A DNA stretch of 64,000 bases from Pseudomonadota bacterium (GTDB lineage Bacteria > Pseudomonadota > Gammaproteobacteria > Xanthomonadales > Xanthomonadaceae). A program made the position numbers and the translations under genes. Under the pieces are notes generated by a model. That model had not been told where the DNA came from and did not search any database. It saw only the letters and a list, made by a program, of their open reading frames with translations. This document shows positions 20,283 through 32,700 of this stretch, piece after piece. Where the stretch lies: NCBI GenBank assembly GCA_018242485.1, contig JAFEBV010000039.1:1057-65056 (forward strand). The letters are read 5' to 3'. The stretch's first letter is position 1; each line of letters starts with the position of its first letter.

Positions 20283-21299
20283 CTACCACACCACCTCGGC
20301 CATCGAGCAGTTCAGGCCCGAGCCAATCCCCAGCAGGGCCACGCGCTGGCCTTTCTTCAGGCGGCCCATCTCCTTGAGCTTGGACAGCACGATCGGCACC
20401 GAGGCCGGGCCGATGTTGCCGTGCTCGTGGAAGATGGTCAGCACTTTCTGCGGGTCGATGCCCAGCGCCTTGATGAAGGCCTGGGTGTGCACCTGCGACA
20501 CCTGATGGATCACGAACTCGTCGAGCTCGTCCACCACCCAGCCCATCGCCTGCTTGGCGGCGATGAAGGTTTTCTGCGCGAGCTTGAGGCCCTCGATCAG
20601 CAGCATCTTGGTGTCGGTGACCATGCGGTCGAGGTTGCCGCGGCACAGCTTGTTCCACTCGGTCGCCGCGCGGGTCACGCCGCCCTTGTAGCGCGGCGCG
20701 TCGGGGGTGAGCTCGCTGCGCGAGAGGATCATCGCGGCCGCGCCGCAGCCCAACGTGAGCGAGGCCAGCTCGTTGCGGAAGTCCTCCTCGCTGACATCCG
20801 GGCGGCACATGCGCTCGAGGGTTTTCTCGTACACCAGATTGGCGGTTTCGCCATCGACCACCAGCGCGTACTCGATCTCGCCGCGCTCGATCATGCGGCT
20901 GGCGATGTCCATGCCGTTGAGGAAGGCCAGGCAGGCATTGGCGACATCGAAGTTCTGGCAGTTCTCGCCGAGCTTGAGGTTGCCGGAAATGATGCTGGCG
21001 GTGGATGGTTCCAGATAATCGCGACTCACCGAAGTGTTGACCAGCAGACCGATCTTCTCGCGCGGCACGCCGGAGTCGGCCAGCGCCTTCTCGGCGGCCA
21101 TGGTGGCGGCATCGGAGGCCTCGGTGCCGGCGTTCCACATGCGCCGCGCGTGGATGCCGGCGATGTCGCGCAGCACGTCGGTGCGGATGCCCAGCCGTTG
21201 CAGGGTGGGCTGCAGGCGCTGGTTGATCGCATCCGAAGTCAGGCGCTCGGGAGCGTCGATGTGCGCCAGACCGGCGATGGAAACGTGTTCGAAAAGCAT
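20283..21299 (-). CDS. oleA: OleA, thiolase-fold (FabH-like) acyl-CoA condensing enzyme
   Basis: 338 aa. Active-site Cys context NFDVANACLAF, plus HQVSQVH and EHGNIGPASVP blocks. First gene of the ole set. Confidence 0.9.
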   Translation of the reverse strand: MLFEHVSIAGLAHIDAPERLTSDAINQRLQPTLQRLGIRTDVLRDIAGIHARRMWNAGTEASDAATMAAEKALADSGVPREKIGLLVNTSVSRDYLEPSTASIISGNLKLGENCQNFDVANACLAFLNGMDIASRMIERGEIEYALVVDGETANLVYEKTLERMCRPDVSEEDFRNELASLTLGCGAAAMILSRSELTPDAPRYKGGVTRAATEWNKLCRGNLDRMVTDTKMLLIEGLKLAQKTFIAAKQAMGWVVDELDEFVIHQVSQVHTQAFIKALGIDPQKVLTIFHEHGNIGPASVPIVLSKLKEMGRLKKGQRVALLGIGSGLNCSMAEVVW

Positions 21300-21472
21300 G
21301 GGCGGAACCTGTAGCCGTAACCGGCCTACGCTACTAGGTCAGGCGCCTGCCCGCAACTTGCGCCACCATGCCCCACGCCGCGATCAGCCACAGGCTTCGT
21401 CGGCGAGTCATGCTGCGCGCCGGGTTACCATGCGCGCGGGACGCGGGGCGCGTGGACAAACCGGGGACGCGA

Positions 21473-21895
21473 ATGCTGCACATCGATGAGCACATCGCCA
21501 TCGCCGAGGACGAGCTCGTCGAGCGTTTCCTGCGCGCCGACGGCCCCGGCGGGCAGCATGTCAACCGCACCGAGAGCGCGGTCGAACTGCGCTTCGACAT
21601 CGCCCGTTCGCCTTCGCTGCCCGAGCCGGTGCGCGCGCGCCTGCTGGCGCGTTCGGATCGCCGCGTGACCGCCGACGGCGTGCTGGTGATCCAGTCGCGG
21701 CGTTTCCGCGATCAGGCGCGCAACCGCGCCGATGCGCGCGAACGCCTCGCCGCGCTGGTGCGGGCCGCCACGCAGGCGCCCAAGCCGCGGCTGGCGACGA
21801 AGCCGACGCGCGCCTCGAAACTGCGCCGGCTGGAAGGCAAGAAGCAGCGCGGGCAGATCAAGCGCGACCGTCGCGCGGTGGATGCCGACCCATGA
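21473..21895 (+). CDS. arfB: alternative ribosome-rescue factor ArfB (peptidyl-tRNA hydrolase, GGQ)
   Basis: GPGGQHVNRTESAV GGQ motif and a basic C-terminal tail KLRRLEGKKQRGQIKRDRR. Start at MLHIDEH. Confidence 0.85.
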   Translation: MLHIDEHIAIAEDELVERFLRADGPGGQHVNRTESAVELRFDIARSPSLPEPVRARLLARSDRRVTADGVLVIQSRRFRDQARNRADARERLAALVRAATQAPKPRLATKPTRASKLRRLEGKKQRGQIKRDRRAVDADP

Positions 21896-22482
21896 AGCCG
21901 ATCGCGTCGGAACTGCCTGCCAGCGCCCCGCGCACCGGCAATGCGTTCACCCGCTGGCTCGGCCGCGCGGTGCTGCGGCTGGGCGGCTGGAAGGTCGTCG
22001 GCGAGTTTCCGGACGTGCGCAAGATGGTGGTGATCGTCGCCCCGCATTCGTCGTGGTGGGACGGCGTGTGGGGCATGGCGGCGAAGGTCGGGCTCGGATT
22101 GCGCGTACTGGTGATCGGCAAGCAGGAACTGTTTCGCGGCCCGCTGGGCTGGCTGCTGCGGCACTTCGGCGCGATCCCGGTCGATCGTGCGCGCGCGCAC
22201 GGCGTGGTGGAAGGCGTGGCCGCGCGCTTCGCGAACAACGACACGTTGTGGTTCGTGGTCGCGCCCGAGGGCACGCGCAAACACGTCGAACACTGGAAAA
22301 GCGGCTTCTGGCACATCGCCCGCGCCGCCGACGTGCCGGTGCTGTGCGTGTACTTCCATTATCCCGAACGCCGCATCGGCGTCGGCCCGCTGCTGCACAT
22401 GACCGCCGATGCGAAGGCCGACATGGCGCGCATCCGCGCGTTCTACAAACCGTGGATGGGGAAGAATCGCGGGACGACGTGA
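21892..22482 (+). CDS. lysophospholipid (PlsC-like) acyltransferase family protein
   Basis: HSSWWD (HX4D) and VAPEGTR blocks. ATGA overlap with arfB. Confidence 0.75.
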   Translation: MKPIASELPASAPRTGNAFTRWLGRAVLRLGGWKVVGEFPDVRKMVVIVAPHSSWWDGVWGMAAKVGLGLRVLVIGKQELFRGPLGWLLRHFGAIPVDRARAHGVVEGVAARFANNDTLWFVVAPEGTRKHVEHWKSGFWHIARAADVPVLCVYFHYPERRIGVGPLLHMTADAKADMARIRAFYKPWMGKNRGTT

Positions 22483-22510
22483 GTGCATGCGGCGAGGCAG
22501 ACGGTCGCCA

Positions 22511-23485
22511 TCACCGCTCCGAATGCCCCGCCTCGAAGTAGTCGCCGCGCGCGAACAGGCCGGGCTTGACGAGGTTGACGAAGGCGCGCGCGTGCGGGCT
22601 GAGAAACTTGCCCTTGCGCACCACCACGCCGTAGCTGCGCGGCGGGAAGTATTCGCGCAGGTTGCGCACCGCCAGCCGCGCGCGGTCGGCTTCGGTCAGG
22701 CAGATACCGGTGACGATGGAGATGCCCAGCCCCATCGCCACGTATTGCTTGATCACCTCCCAGCCGCCGACTTCCAGCGCCACCGAGTAGGGCACGCGGC
22801 GCTGCTGGAACACCAGGTCCACCAGCCGCCACGTGGTCAGCCGGCGCGGCGGCAGGATCAGGCCGTAGGGCGACAGATCCTCCAGCCGCAACGGCTCGGC
22901 GGTGGCCAGCGGGTGCCCGCGCGGGACGATCAGCATCGGGTCGAAGGAATGCGTCGGGGCGTAGTCGAGGTCGCTGGGCACGTCCAGCATCGAGCCGACC
23001 GCCAGATCCACGCCGTCCGAACGCAGCAGGCCCAGCCCGTCCTGCCCGGTGACGTTGTGCAGCACCAGTTGCACTTCCGGGTGCCGATCCTTGTAGGCCT
23101 GCACCAGTTCGGGCAGCAGGTAGAGGATGGTCGAGGTGCCGGCGGCGATGTTCAGCGCGCCTGCGGCCATGCCCTTGAGCTTGATCTTGAAATCCGCGTC
23201 CAGCCCGTCCAGCCCTTCCACCAGCGGCCGCGCCAGTTCGTACAGCGCCTCGCCGGCGTGGGTCAGGCCGAAGCGCTTGCCGCTGCGCTCGAACAGACGG
23301 GTACCGAAGTGGCGTTCCAGCGCCTGCAATTGCAGGCTCACCGCCGGCTGGCTGATGAACAGCGCCTCGGCGGCGCGTGACACCGAGCCCAGCCGGGCGA
23401 CCTGGCAGAACGCCCGCAGCGGCTTGAGGCGCTCGCCTTTGTAGTAGAACCGGGACGTGGATTCGGTCACGAATCGGTCAATCAT
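22511..23485 (-). CDS. LysR-family transcriptional regulator
   Basis: wHTH FCQVARLGSVSRAAEALFISQPAVSLQLQALE plus a LysR substrate-binding region. Divergent from aceB. The N-terminus may be shorter than the ORF. Confidence 0.85.
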   Translation of the reverse strand: MIDRFVTESTSRFYYKGERLKPLRAFCQVARLGSVSRAAEALFISQPAVSLQLQALERHFGTRLFERSGKRFGLTHAGEALYELARPLVEGLDGLDADFKIKLKGMAAGALNIAAGTSTILYLLPELVQAYKDRHPEVQLVLHNVTGQDGLGLLRSDGVDLAVGSMLDVPSDLDYAPTHSFDPMLIVPRGHPLATAEPLRLEDLSPYGLILPPRRLTTWRLVDLVFQQRRVPYSVALEVGGWEVIKQYVAMGLGISIVTGICLTEADRARLAVRNLREYFPPRSYGVVVRKGKFLSPHARAFVNLVKPGLFARGDYFEAGHSER

Positions 23486-23577
23486 TAACAGAACTAATAC
23501 TAATCATTCAATCATATCGTTTGTCAACCGTGCTGCACTGCATCTAAGGTCGAAGCCCCGGTAACGAGGCCATCGAC
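23486..23577. promoter_or_regulatory. divergent LysR/aceB control region with an AT-rich ATTA-N7-TAAT dyad
   Basis: 92-bp gap, locally AT-rich (TAACAGAACTAATACTAATCATTCAATCAT). Fits the LTTR T-N11-A box type. No experimental support. Confidence 0.3.
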
Positions 23578-25236
<1,659 letters not shown>

Positions 25237-25238
25237 TC

Positions 25239-25272
25239 GGGGAATGGGGAATGGGGAATGGGGAATGGGGAG
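25239..25272. repeat. tandem heptamer (GGGGAAT) x4 plus a partial unit
   Basis: Counted directly. Starts 3 nt after the aceB stop. Confidence 0.9.
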
Positions 25273-25278
25273 AAAAAC

Positions 25279-25372
25279 TCCTTCCCCGCTTGCGGGGGTG
25301 ATGAGGCGCGCTTACGAACTGCCTGCGGCAGTTCGTGCGCCGAAGAACGCCCGGAAGGGCCGGAGGGCTGGA
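25279..25372. repeat. MITE family 3 copy (core ACGAACTGCC-TGC-GGCAGTTCGT at 25314-25336)
   Basis: Similar to 57017-57120, and to 9067-9166 inverted. Confidence 0.8.
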
Positions 25373-25404
25373 GTTGATTCGCTCAATCCAGGTTACGTCG
25401 CAAG

Positions 25405-25520
25405 CGAAGTTGACGCCCTCATCCGCCCTTCGGGCACCTTCCCCCGGAGGGGGAAGGAAGAAACCGCCTCTCCCTTTGGGAGAGGCCGACGCGCCGAAGG
25501 CGCGGCGGGTGAGGGAATGC
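25405..25520. repeat. composite REP family 2 (hairpins CCTTCCCCC/GGGGGAAGG, GCCTCTCCC-TTT-GGGAGAGGC, GCGCC-GAA-GGCGC)
   Basis: The reverse complement aligns along its length with 36655-36785. Confidence 0.8.
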
Positions 25521-25578
25521 TGTGTCAAATCGCTGCGAAGCCATCCACTCCAGATTCCGCAATCTTGGTTTCGATGCA

Positions 25579-25622
25579 GCAAGTGAAGTATCTGAATACC
25601 GGCAAGTGAAGCTCAAGTTGAG
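25579..25622. promoter_or_regulatory. direct repeats GCAAGTGAAG (x2, 23 bp apart) plus a degenerate third, upstream of aceA
   Basis: Seen at 25579-25588 and 25602-25611 in a locally AT-richer stretch 90-120 bp upstream of the aceA ATG. Function not established. Confidence 0.25.
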
Positions 25623-25633
25623 AACATCGCCCG

Positions 25634-25668
25634 AATCACCAATCACCAATCACCAATCACCAATCACA
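25634..25668. repeat. tandem heptamer (AATCACC) x4 plus a variant unit
   Basis: Counted directly, 33 nt upstream of the aceA ATG. Confidence 0.9.
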
Positions 25669-25700
25669 CCCCCATCACAGCCACCGCCAAGGAACCCCCC

Positions 25701-27005
25701 ATGAAAACCCTCCCCACCGCCGAACAGCTCAAGCTCGACTGGACCAACCACGCCCGCTGGAAGGGTGTCACCCGCAGTTACACCGCCGAGGACGTGGTGC
25801 GCCTGCGCGGCACGGTGCCGGTCGAGCATTCATTGGCGCGGCTGGGTGCGGAGAAGCTGTGGAAGTCGCTCAACAATTCCGATTACGTCAATGCGCTGGG
25901 CGCGCTGACCGGCAATCAGGCCATGCAGCAGGTCAAAGCCGGTCTGAAGGCGATCTACCTCTCGGGCTGGCAGGTGGCGGCAGATGCGAATCTCGCCGGT
26001 GAGATGTACCCCGACCAGTCGCTGTATCCGGCCAACTCGGTGCCGCAGGTGGTCAAGCGCATCAACAACTGCCTGCTGCGCGCCGACCAGCTCAACCATG
26101 CCGAAGGCAAGGACGACATCGACTGGCTGCAACCCATCGTGGCCGACGCCGAGGCCGGTTTCGGCGGCGTGCTCAATGCCTTCGAGCTGATGAAGGCGAT
26201 GATCGAGGCCGGCGCGGCGGCGGTGCACTTCGAGGATCAGCTCGCTTCGGTGAAGAAGTGCGGGCACATGGGCGGCAAGGTGCTGGTGCCGACCCGCGAG
26301 GCGGTGGACAAGCTGGTCGCCGCGCGATTGGCGGCGGATGTCTGCGGTGTGCCGACGCTGATCGTCGCGCGCACCGACGCCGAGGCCGCCGACCTGCTGA
26401 CCTCCGATGTCGATGTCAACGACCAGCCTTTCCTCACCGGCGAGCGCACCGCCGAAGGCTTCTTCAAGACCCGCAACGGTCTGGATCAAGCCATCTCGCG
26501 TGGCCTTGCCTACGCGCCCTACGCCGATCTGGTGTGGTGCGAGACCGGCAAGCCCGATCTGGAGTTCGCGCGCAAGTTCGCCGCCGCCATCCACGCCAAG
26601 TACCCCGGCAAGCTGCTGGCCTACAACTGCTCGCCCAGTTTCAACTGGAAGAAGAACCTCGACGACGCCACCATCGCGACCTTCCAGAAGCAGCTCGCGG
26701 CGATGGGCTACCGCTTCCAGTTCATCACCCTGGCCGGCTTCCACGCCTTGAACTATTCGATGTTCAACCTCGCCCACGGCTACGCGCGCGGCGGCATGAG
26801 CGCCTTCGTCGAATTGCAGGAAGCCGAGTTCGCCGCCGCCGACCGCGGCTTCACCGCGGTCAAGCACCAGCGCGAGGTCGGCACCGGCTACTTCGACACC
26901 GTGACCCAGACCATCCAGGGTGCGCACGCCTCCACCGTCGCGCTGAAAGGCTCGACCGAGGAAGCGCAGTTCCGCGACCGCAAGCCGGAAGCGGCGGTGG
27001 CGTGA
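25701..27005 (+). CDS. aceA: isocitrate lyase
   Basis: 434 aa with the KKCGHMGGK signature. Confidence 0.97.
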   Translation: MKTLPTAEQLKLDWTNHARWKGVTRSYTAEDVVRLRGTVPVEHSLARLGAEKLWKSLNNSDYVNALGALTGNQAMQQVKAGLKAIYLSGWQVAADANLAGEMYPDQSLYPANSVPQVVKRINNCLLRADQLNHAEGKDDIDWLQPIVADAEAGFGGVLNAFELMKAMIEAGAAAVHFEDQLASVKKCGHMGGKVLVPTREAVDKLVAARLAADVCGVPTLIVARTDAEAADLLTSDVDVNDQPFLTGERTAEGFFKTRNGLDQAISRGLAYAPYADLVWCETGKPDLEFARKFAAAIHAKYPGKLLAYNCSPSFNWKKNLDDATIATFQKQLAAMGYRFQFITLAGFHALNYSMFNLAHGYARGGMSAFVELQEAEFAAADRGFTAVKHQREVGTGYFDTVTQTIQGAHASTVALKGSTEEAQFRDRKPEAAVA

Positions 27006-27254
27006 GGCATCGTTGAACCCCTTCGGCGGATCCGGTCGGCCAAGGATGGCCGATCACGCATCGATCACGCATGGATCAATGCTTGCAAGCCGAGCCCGGG
27101 CGTGTACCGGGCTTCTGCACAGGCTGACATTCGCAAAATGAAACTGTTCGGGCTTTCCCGATAAATTGCCTGCTTCCACGATTTCTCCGACACTCCGCCC
27201 TTTCGTGTGCTGCCTGCGGGGTGTGGCGTGCGCACGTTGATCGGGGAAAATCCA

Positions 27255-29756
27255 ATGCGTGCTTGCTTTTTGCTTGCCATCGCCAGCCTGCTGGCCATCG
27301 CGCCCGTACGCGCGCAGTCGCCTGCCCCGCCGAAGATCACCGAAACGCAGGTCAGTGCCTCCCAGATCAAGCTGAGCTTCGACCAGCCGATGCTGACGTG
27401 GGAAGAACGCAGCCCGCTGCGCGCCATCGCGATGCAGCCGGAGGTGCCCTGCACGTGGTATTGGGAGGACGACACCACCTTGCTCTGCCGTACCGCCGGC
27501 CATCTGAAGCTGTTTCATGTCGCCAGCGCCTATCGCCTGCGGATCGATCACGGCCTGTGGTCGCAGGCGGGCATGGAGCTGCCGCCGCAGTCGATCGTGG
27601 CCGAGTCCGAACGGCCGCAACTGCGATCGGAAGTCAGCGACTGGAAAGCCGGCGTACCGCAGATTCACCTGACGACGGATGCCGCGGTCACGGCCGAGGC
27701 CGTCGCGCGCGTGATCGCGGTAGATCTGGACGGCCAGCCATTGCGCAGCCGGGTCGAGGCCCTGCCGGACGAACCTCCGCGGGTCTACGCGACCGAACAC
27801 ACCTTCGATCTGCAATTGCCGGATCTGCCGACACGGGAAGGCGTGCTGCACATGCGCGTGCATCCGGGGCTGGTCGGCAGCGCCGGGCCCTTGCCGGGCA
27901 CGCAGGACGAGGTGCTGCTGACCGCGGCGGTGCACGAGCCCTTCCGCCTGCGCGCGGTCGCGTGCAATCCGGACTACTGGGCGAAAGCCACCCCTGCCGT
28001 TGCTGGCAAGCCGACCCCCATTGCCTGCCTGCCCGGTCAGCCGATCGGCTTGTATTTCTCGCGCACACCCAGCGACGCGGCCATCGCCGCGATCGCGGCG
28101 GCCTTGCCGGCCGGGGTGACCCTGATCGAACGCAAGGATGTGCAGGACTCCTGGAACTATGTTTCCAGCAGTCGCGACGACCCCGCCGAGCGCAGTCCCC
28201 AGGCCGGGGTTTTCGTGAAGGCCGACGTGGCCCACGCCGACCTGCGTCTGTCCCTGCCCACGAGGCTGACGGCCACCGACGGCGCGATCCTCGCCGATCC
28301 CGTTCGCATCGACCTGCAGTTGGGCGACTATCCGCCCGCCTTCGAGCTCAAGCCCGACGTGCTCGTCGCGCCGGTGGGCTCGACGGCCTTGCCCGACCTG
28401 CGCACGCGCAACCTCGGCAAGGATCTGTCCATCGACACGCTGGCCATCGGCGCGGACGTGCAGCCGGCAGCGACGACGGTGCGCCCGTCCTCCACCCGCA
28501 ATGCGCTGCAACTGGCCAGCCTGCCGCAGGCGCCGGCCACGATCCGCGAGCACGGCGGGCTCATCCTCGCCGGCGCGCGCAACGAGCGGGGTGTGGGCTA
28601 TGCGCTCGCGTATGCGCCGTTCGAGGTGCTGGCCAGCGTCGGCGACGGCCAGTTGCTGGTCTGGGCCAGCCGCTGGGGCGATGGCAGCGGGCTGGCCGAT
28701 GCCACGGTGGAACTGCTGGATGTGGATCGGAATGGCCGCGTGCAGGTGATCGGCACGGCCACCACGGCGGCCGATGGCGTGGCGCAGTTGGCCTATGTGC
28801 CGCCCTCGCATGACTATGAAATCCGCGACATACCCCTGTTGGTGCGGGTGCGCCAGGGTGGGCAAAGCAGCGTGGTGCCGTTGTCGCTGGCGCTCTATGG
28901 TGAGGCTCGGCCGCTCATCGCGAGCGATCGTCGCAGTGCGACAGGCGAACGCGCCTGGCCGCATTTCGCGGACGGTGCCAAACACAGCTTCGGCGTCACC
29001 GACCGGCCGCTGTACCGCCCCGGCGATGCGGTGCATTACCGGGTCTGGTACCGCCGCCGCGACGGCAACCGCCTGCTGCGCACGGATGCGGACAAGGCGC
29101 AGTTCGTGCTGCGCTCGCCGGATCGCGGCAAGGTGCTGCTGCGCTGGCAGGCCGCGCTCGATGCACAAGGCAGCGTGGCCGGCGAGGTGCGCCTGCCCGA
29201 GCTGCTGCCCGATGACGAATACTGCATCCACGGCGTCTCCGGTGGCGAGACCTCATTCGACTTCGACGAGGACGGTGCCTGCTTTCAGGTCACCCGTTAC
29301 GAGGCGCAGGCGCTGTGGGCGCAGATCCAGCCCGACCATGCCAGTGTGCTGGCCGGGCAGAGTCTGCGACTGAATCTGCAAGCGGGGTATTTCTCCGGCG
29401 ACGCCGCTGCCGCAGTCGCCGCGCAATTCAGCGGCCTGCTCACCCCGCGGCGGGTGGAAGACACCTTCCCCGCGGTGTCCGCCTACACCTTCATCGCGCC
29501 TTTTACGGGCGATGATCCCCGTCCGGGTGCCGATCCGCTACGCGGCCTGAACGTGCAGGCGACGACCGATGGCAAGGGCAGGGCGCAGTTGCAGGTGCAA
29601 CTGCCCCCATCCATCGATGCCGATGAGCACAAGGATCATCCCATCGTGTTCGGCCTGTTCGAATTCAACGCCTCCGTGAGCATTCCCGGCAAGGCCAGCG
29701 CCAGCAGCGGCACCGCGCAGGTGCGCTATGCGCAGTACCGCGCTACGTCGGCCTGA
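27255..29756 (+). CDS. alpha-2-macroglobulin family protein, N-terminal fragment (frame broken near 29738)
   Basis: Signal peptide MRACFLLAIASLLAIAPVRA/QS. Long beta-rich MG-domain-like sequence. Terminates at TGA 29754-56, while the adjacent frame continues the protein. Confidence 0.7.
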   Translation: MRACFLLAIASLLAIAPVRAQSPAPPKITETQVSASQIKLSFDQPMLTWEERSPLRAIAMQPEVPCTWYWEDDTTLLCRTAGHLKLFHVASAYRLRIDHGLWSQAGMELPPQSIVAESERPQLRSEVSDWKAGVPQIHLTTDAAVTAEAVARVIAVDLDGQPLRSRVEALPDEPPRVYATEHTFDLQLPDLPTREGVLHMRVHPGLVGSAGPLPGTQDEVLLTAAVHEPFRLRAVACNPDYWAKATPAVAGKPTPIACLPGQPIGLYFSRTPSDAAIAAIAAALPAGVTLIERKDVQDSWNYVSSSRDDPAERSPQAGVFVKADVAHADLRLSLPTRLTATDGAILADPVRIDLQLGDYPPAFELKPDVLVAPVGSTALPDLRTRNLGKDLSIDTLAIGADVQPAATTVRPSSTRNALQLASLPQAPATIREHGGLILAGARNERGVGYALAYAPFEVLASVGDGQLLVWASRWGDGSGLADATVELLDVDRNGRVQVIGTATTAADGVAQLAYVPPSHDYEIRDIPLLVRVRQGGQSSVVPLSLALYGEARPLIASDRRSATGERAWPHFADGAKHSFGVTDRPLYRPGDAVHYRVWYRRRDGNRLLRTDADKAQFVLRSPDRGKVLLRWQAALDAQGSVAGEVRLPELLPDDEYCIHGVSGGETSFDFDEDGACFQVTRYEAQALWAQIQPDHASVLAGQSLRLNLQAGYFSGDAAAAVAAQFSGLLTPRRVEDTFPAVSAYTFIAPFTGDDPRPGADPLRGLNVQATTDGKGRAQLQVQLPPSIDADEHKDHPIVFGLFEFNASVSIPGKASASSGTAQVRYAQYRATSA

Positions 29757-32700
29757 AGTCCGCGGCGTGGTGGCTGCCGATGGATCGCGATCCGGGTCTG
29801 CAAGCGGTGGTGGTCAGCCACGATGGCCAGGCGATCCCGGGGCAGAGCGTGCAGGTCGCTATCGAAAGGGTGAACACGGATGCGCACGCCAGCGCGCCCA
29901 GCGTGGTCGGGCATTGCGAACTGAGCGTGGATCGCGCCACGCCCTGCACCTTCCGCGCGCCCAAGCCCGGCCTGTACCGCTTCCGCGCCAGCGCGCAGGG
30001 CGCCGCGCCGACCGTGCTGGAGCGCTGGATCGGCGAGCGGGCACCGGTGACGAACACCGAAGACAAGGCCAAGGCCGGATTGAAACTGGTGCAGGCCAGC
30101 GATGGCACCCATCCCGCACGGGTGGAACTCACGCAACCCTATCGGCGCGCGCGCGTGCTGTTCACCCTCGAATACGGCAAGGTCGTACGGCACTGGGTGC
30201 AGGCGCTGCCGGCCGGCGCGAGCACCATCGAGGTACCGATCCAGACGGCTTGGGCACCGGGCGTCACCGTGCATGCGCTGGTACGCTCCGCCAATCCGGA
30301 TGCGCCCGACGGCGGATTCGCTACGCCCACGCTGGATGCGACGCTGGACATCGCCATCCCCAAGCCGCCGACCGCCGCGATCGCCGTCAGCGTCGAGCGT
30401 CCGCGTTTGCCGCCCGGGCAGGATCTCGTGCTGCACCTGGCCAATGCCGCCGGCGGACTGCGCCACGCGACCATCGCGGTGGTGGATGATTCGATCTACC
30501 AGCAGTCGCAGGACATGGCCGCGCAGGCCGATCCGGCGCGGGACGGCTGGCTGGCCGACCTCGCCCTGTGGCAAACCACCGCGTGGTACGGGCTGGAGGG
30601 ATGGAAGGCGTTCGGTAATCCGTTCTTCGTGGCACCCAAGCCTTCCATTCCTCCGTCTCCCAAGGAAATGCCGGCACCCAAGGTGGCGGATGTCGCCGGC
30701 AGAATTGGCGGCTCGGGCTTGGTCACGACCCCGGCACCCCAATTGGATCGTGTCGAGGTCATCGGCTCGCGCATCAAACGCACCGTCGATACCTTCGGGC
30801 GCTCGCAGGCCGTCACCGTCCTGCCGCCGCGGGAAGGCGCGGCGCAGGGCGGGCGATCGCTGCCGCAGGTGCGCAGCCGTTTCCTCGACACCGCGTACTG
30901 GAATGCCGACCTGCCGCTGGCTGCCGGGCAGTCGCAGGATCTGCACATCCATCTGCCCGACAACCTCACCCGCTGGCGCGTGCTGGTGTGGACTTACGAT
31001 GCCGAGGATGGCTTTGCGCTGCGGCAGGCGACGGCCGAGACCGCGCTGCCGGTGGAGTTGCGTGCCGGCACGCCCGCGCGGCTGTTCGTGGGCGATCACG
31101 CCACCGCAAGCGTCTCGGCGCGCAATCACGGCAATACCCCTGCGCGCATCGGGTTGCGGGTGCAGGCCGACGGCGCCGGGGTGAAAGATGCGCGCGGCCG
31201 GCAGGATCGGGTTGCCGGCAATGCCGAAATCTCCCAGCCCATCGCCCTCACGCCCACCCTGCCGGGCGACGTGCAGATCCTCGCCCGCGCCGACAAGCCC
31301 GGTGGCGGCGATGCGCTGGCTGCCGGGGTACCGGTGGAGTCCACGCTCGGCGCGTCGCAGGTCGTGCAGGCCGGCTGGCTCGACGCCGACGCGCTCAACC
31401 TGCCGCTGCCGACCTTGCCGGTCGGGGCGATGTCGCCGGTGCTGGAGGTGCAGGTGCACCGCGGGTTGAGTGGCTGGCAGCAGGGCTGGCTGCGCGACCT
31501 GCGCGACTATCCCAACCGCTGCTGGGAACAGACCCTGAGCCGCGCCGTCGGTGCCGCGCTGGCGATCGACTCCGGGCAGGACAAGGCGCTGTGGCTGGAT
31601 GCGAAGCAGGTGGTGCGCGATGCGATGACCGTGGCACCCATGTTCCAGGACGAGGAAGGCGGCTTTCGCTATTTCATCGCCAGCTATGGCGATTGGCGAG
31701 GCCCCGCCAGCCCGGCGCTGTCGGCCTACACCCTGCGCAGTTTCGAGTTCTTGCAGGGTTTGGGATTCCAGCCCCCGCAGGAGGCTGCCAAAATCCTGAC
31801 CGGCACCTTGGCCGACAAGCTGAGAACGTTCGGCACCGACCCGCCCCAATCGGCCTACGACCCACGCTGGGAAACCGCCGCCGAAGCGGCCGGTGCCATC
31901 CTCGGGCCGGGGTTGCTGGAAGACAAGGCGCTCACCGCCTTGTGGAACGGCTGGGGCAACCTGAGCTGGTACGGCCGCGCCGAACTGGTGCGCGCGCTGG
32001 CGCGCAAGCCGGCCCTCGCCGCGCAGGCGCAGGCAGGCATCGCGCGCCTGCGGCTGGCCGGCACCCAGCGCGGCCTGCGTCGGGTGATCGCCGACAGCCG
32101 CGATTTCAGTTTCGTCATGGGCTCGGATCTGCGCGACCAGTGCGGGGTGGTCGGCGCGTTGTACGAACTCGACCACGGCAGCGCCGGCGAGACCGCGCGG
32201 CGCAGCCTGCTGCGCGGCTTGCAGGATCTGTACGCCGGCGGCACCGCGAGCCTGGATACGCAATCCAGCGCGCAATGCCTGATGGCCCTGCACACGGTCG
32301 CCGCGACCCTGCCCAAGGACGATCAGGCGTGGTCGGTGCTGGCCACGCTGGGTTCGACCGCGCACCCGCTGGCGCTGGCCGCAGGGCAGCAGCAGGCGCA
32401 ATGGACGCAGCCGCTGGAGGCGAAGGCCGCAGGTTTGCCGCTGCGCCTGCAAAGCCAGTCCCCCGCCAGCGCGACCCTGAACTACAGCGCGCAACTGAGT
32501 TACCAGATCGACCTGCGGCAGGCACCGGCGCAGGCGGTCGGCATGCAACTGGAGCGCAGCTATCAGGTGCTGCGCGAGCACGCCTGGGTCGATCTGGACA
32601 AGGCCGCACCGCTGCGCGCGGGCGAGTGGGTGCGGGTGACGCTGACGCTGGCGGTGCCGGCATTCCGGCATTTCGTGGCGATCACCGATGCCGTGCCGGG

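Noticed and set aside
29627-29756. Programmed -1 ribosomal frameshift joining the two A2M ORFs.
   Set aside because: The frame relation fits -1. However, the 127-nt overlap window has no X-XXY-YYZ slippery heptamer and no obvious downstream pseudoknot. A 1-nt deletion in a short C-run explains it more simply.
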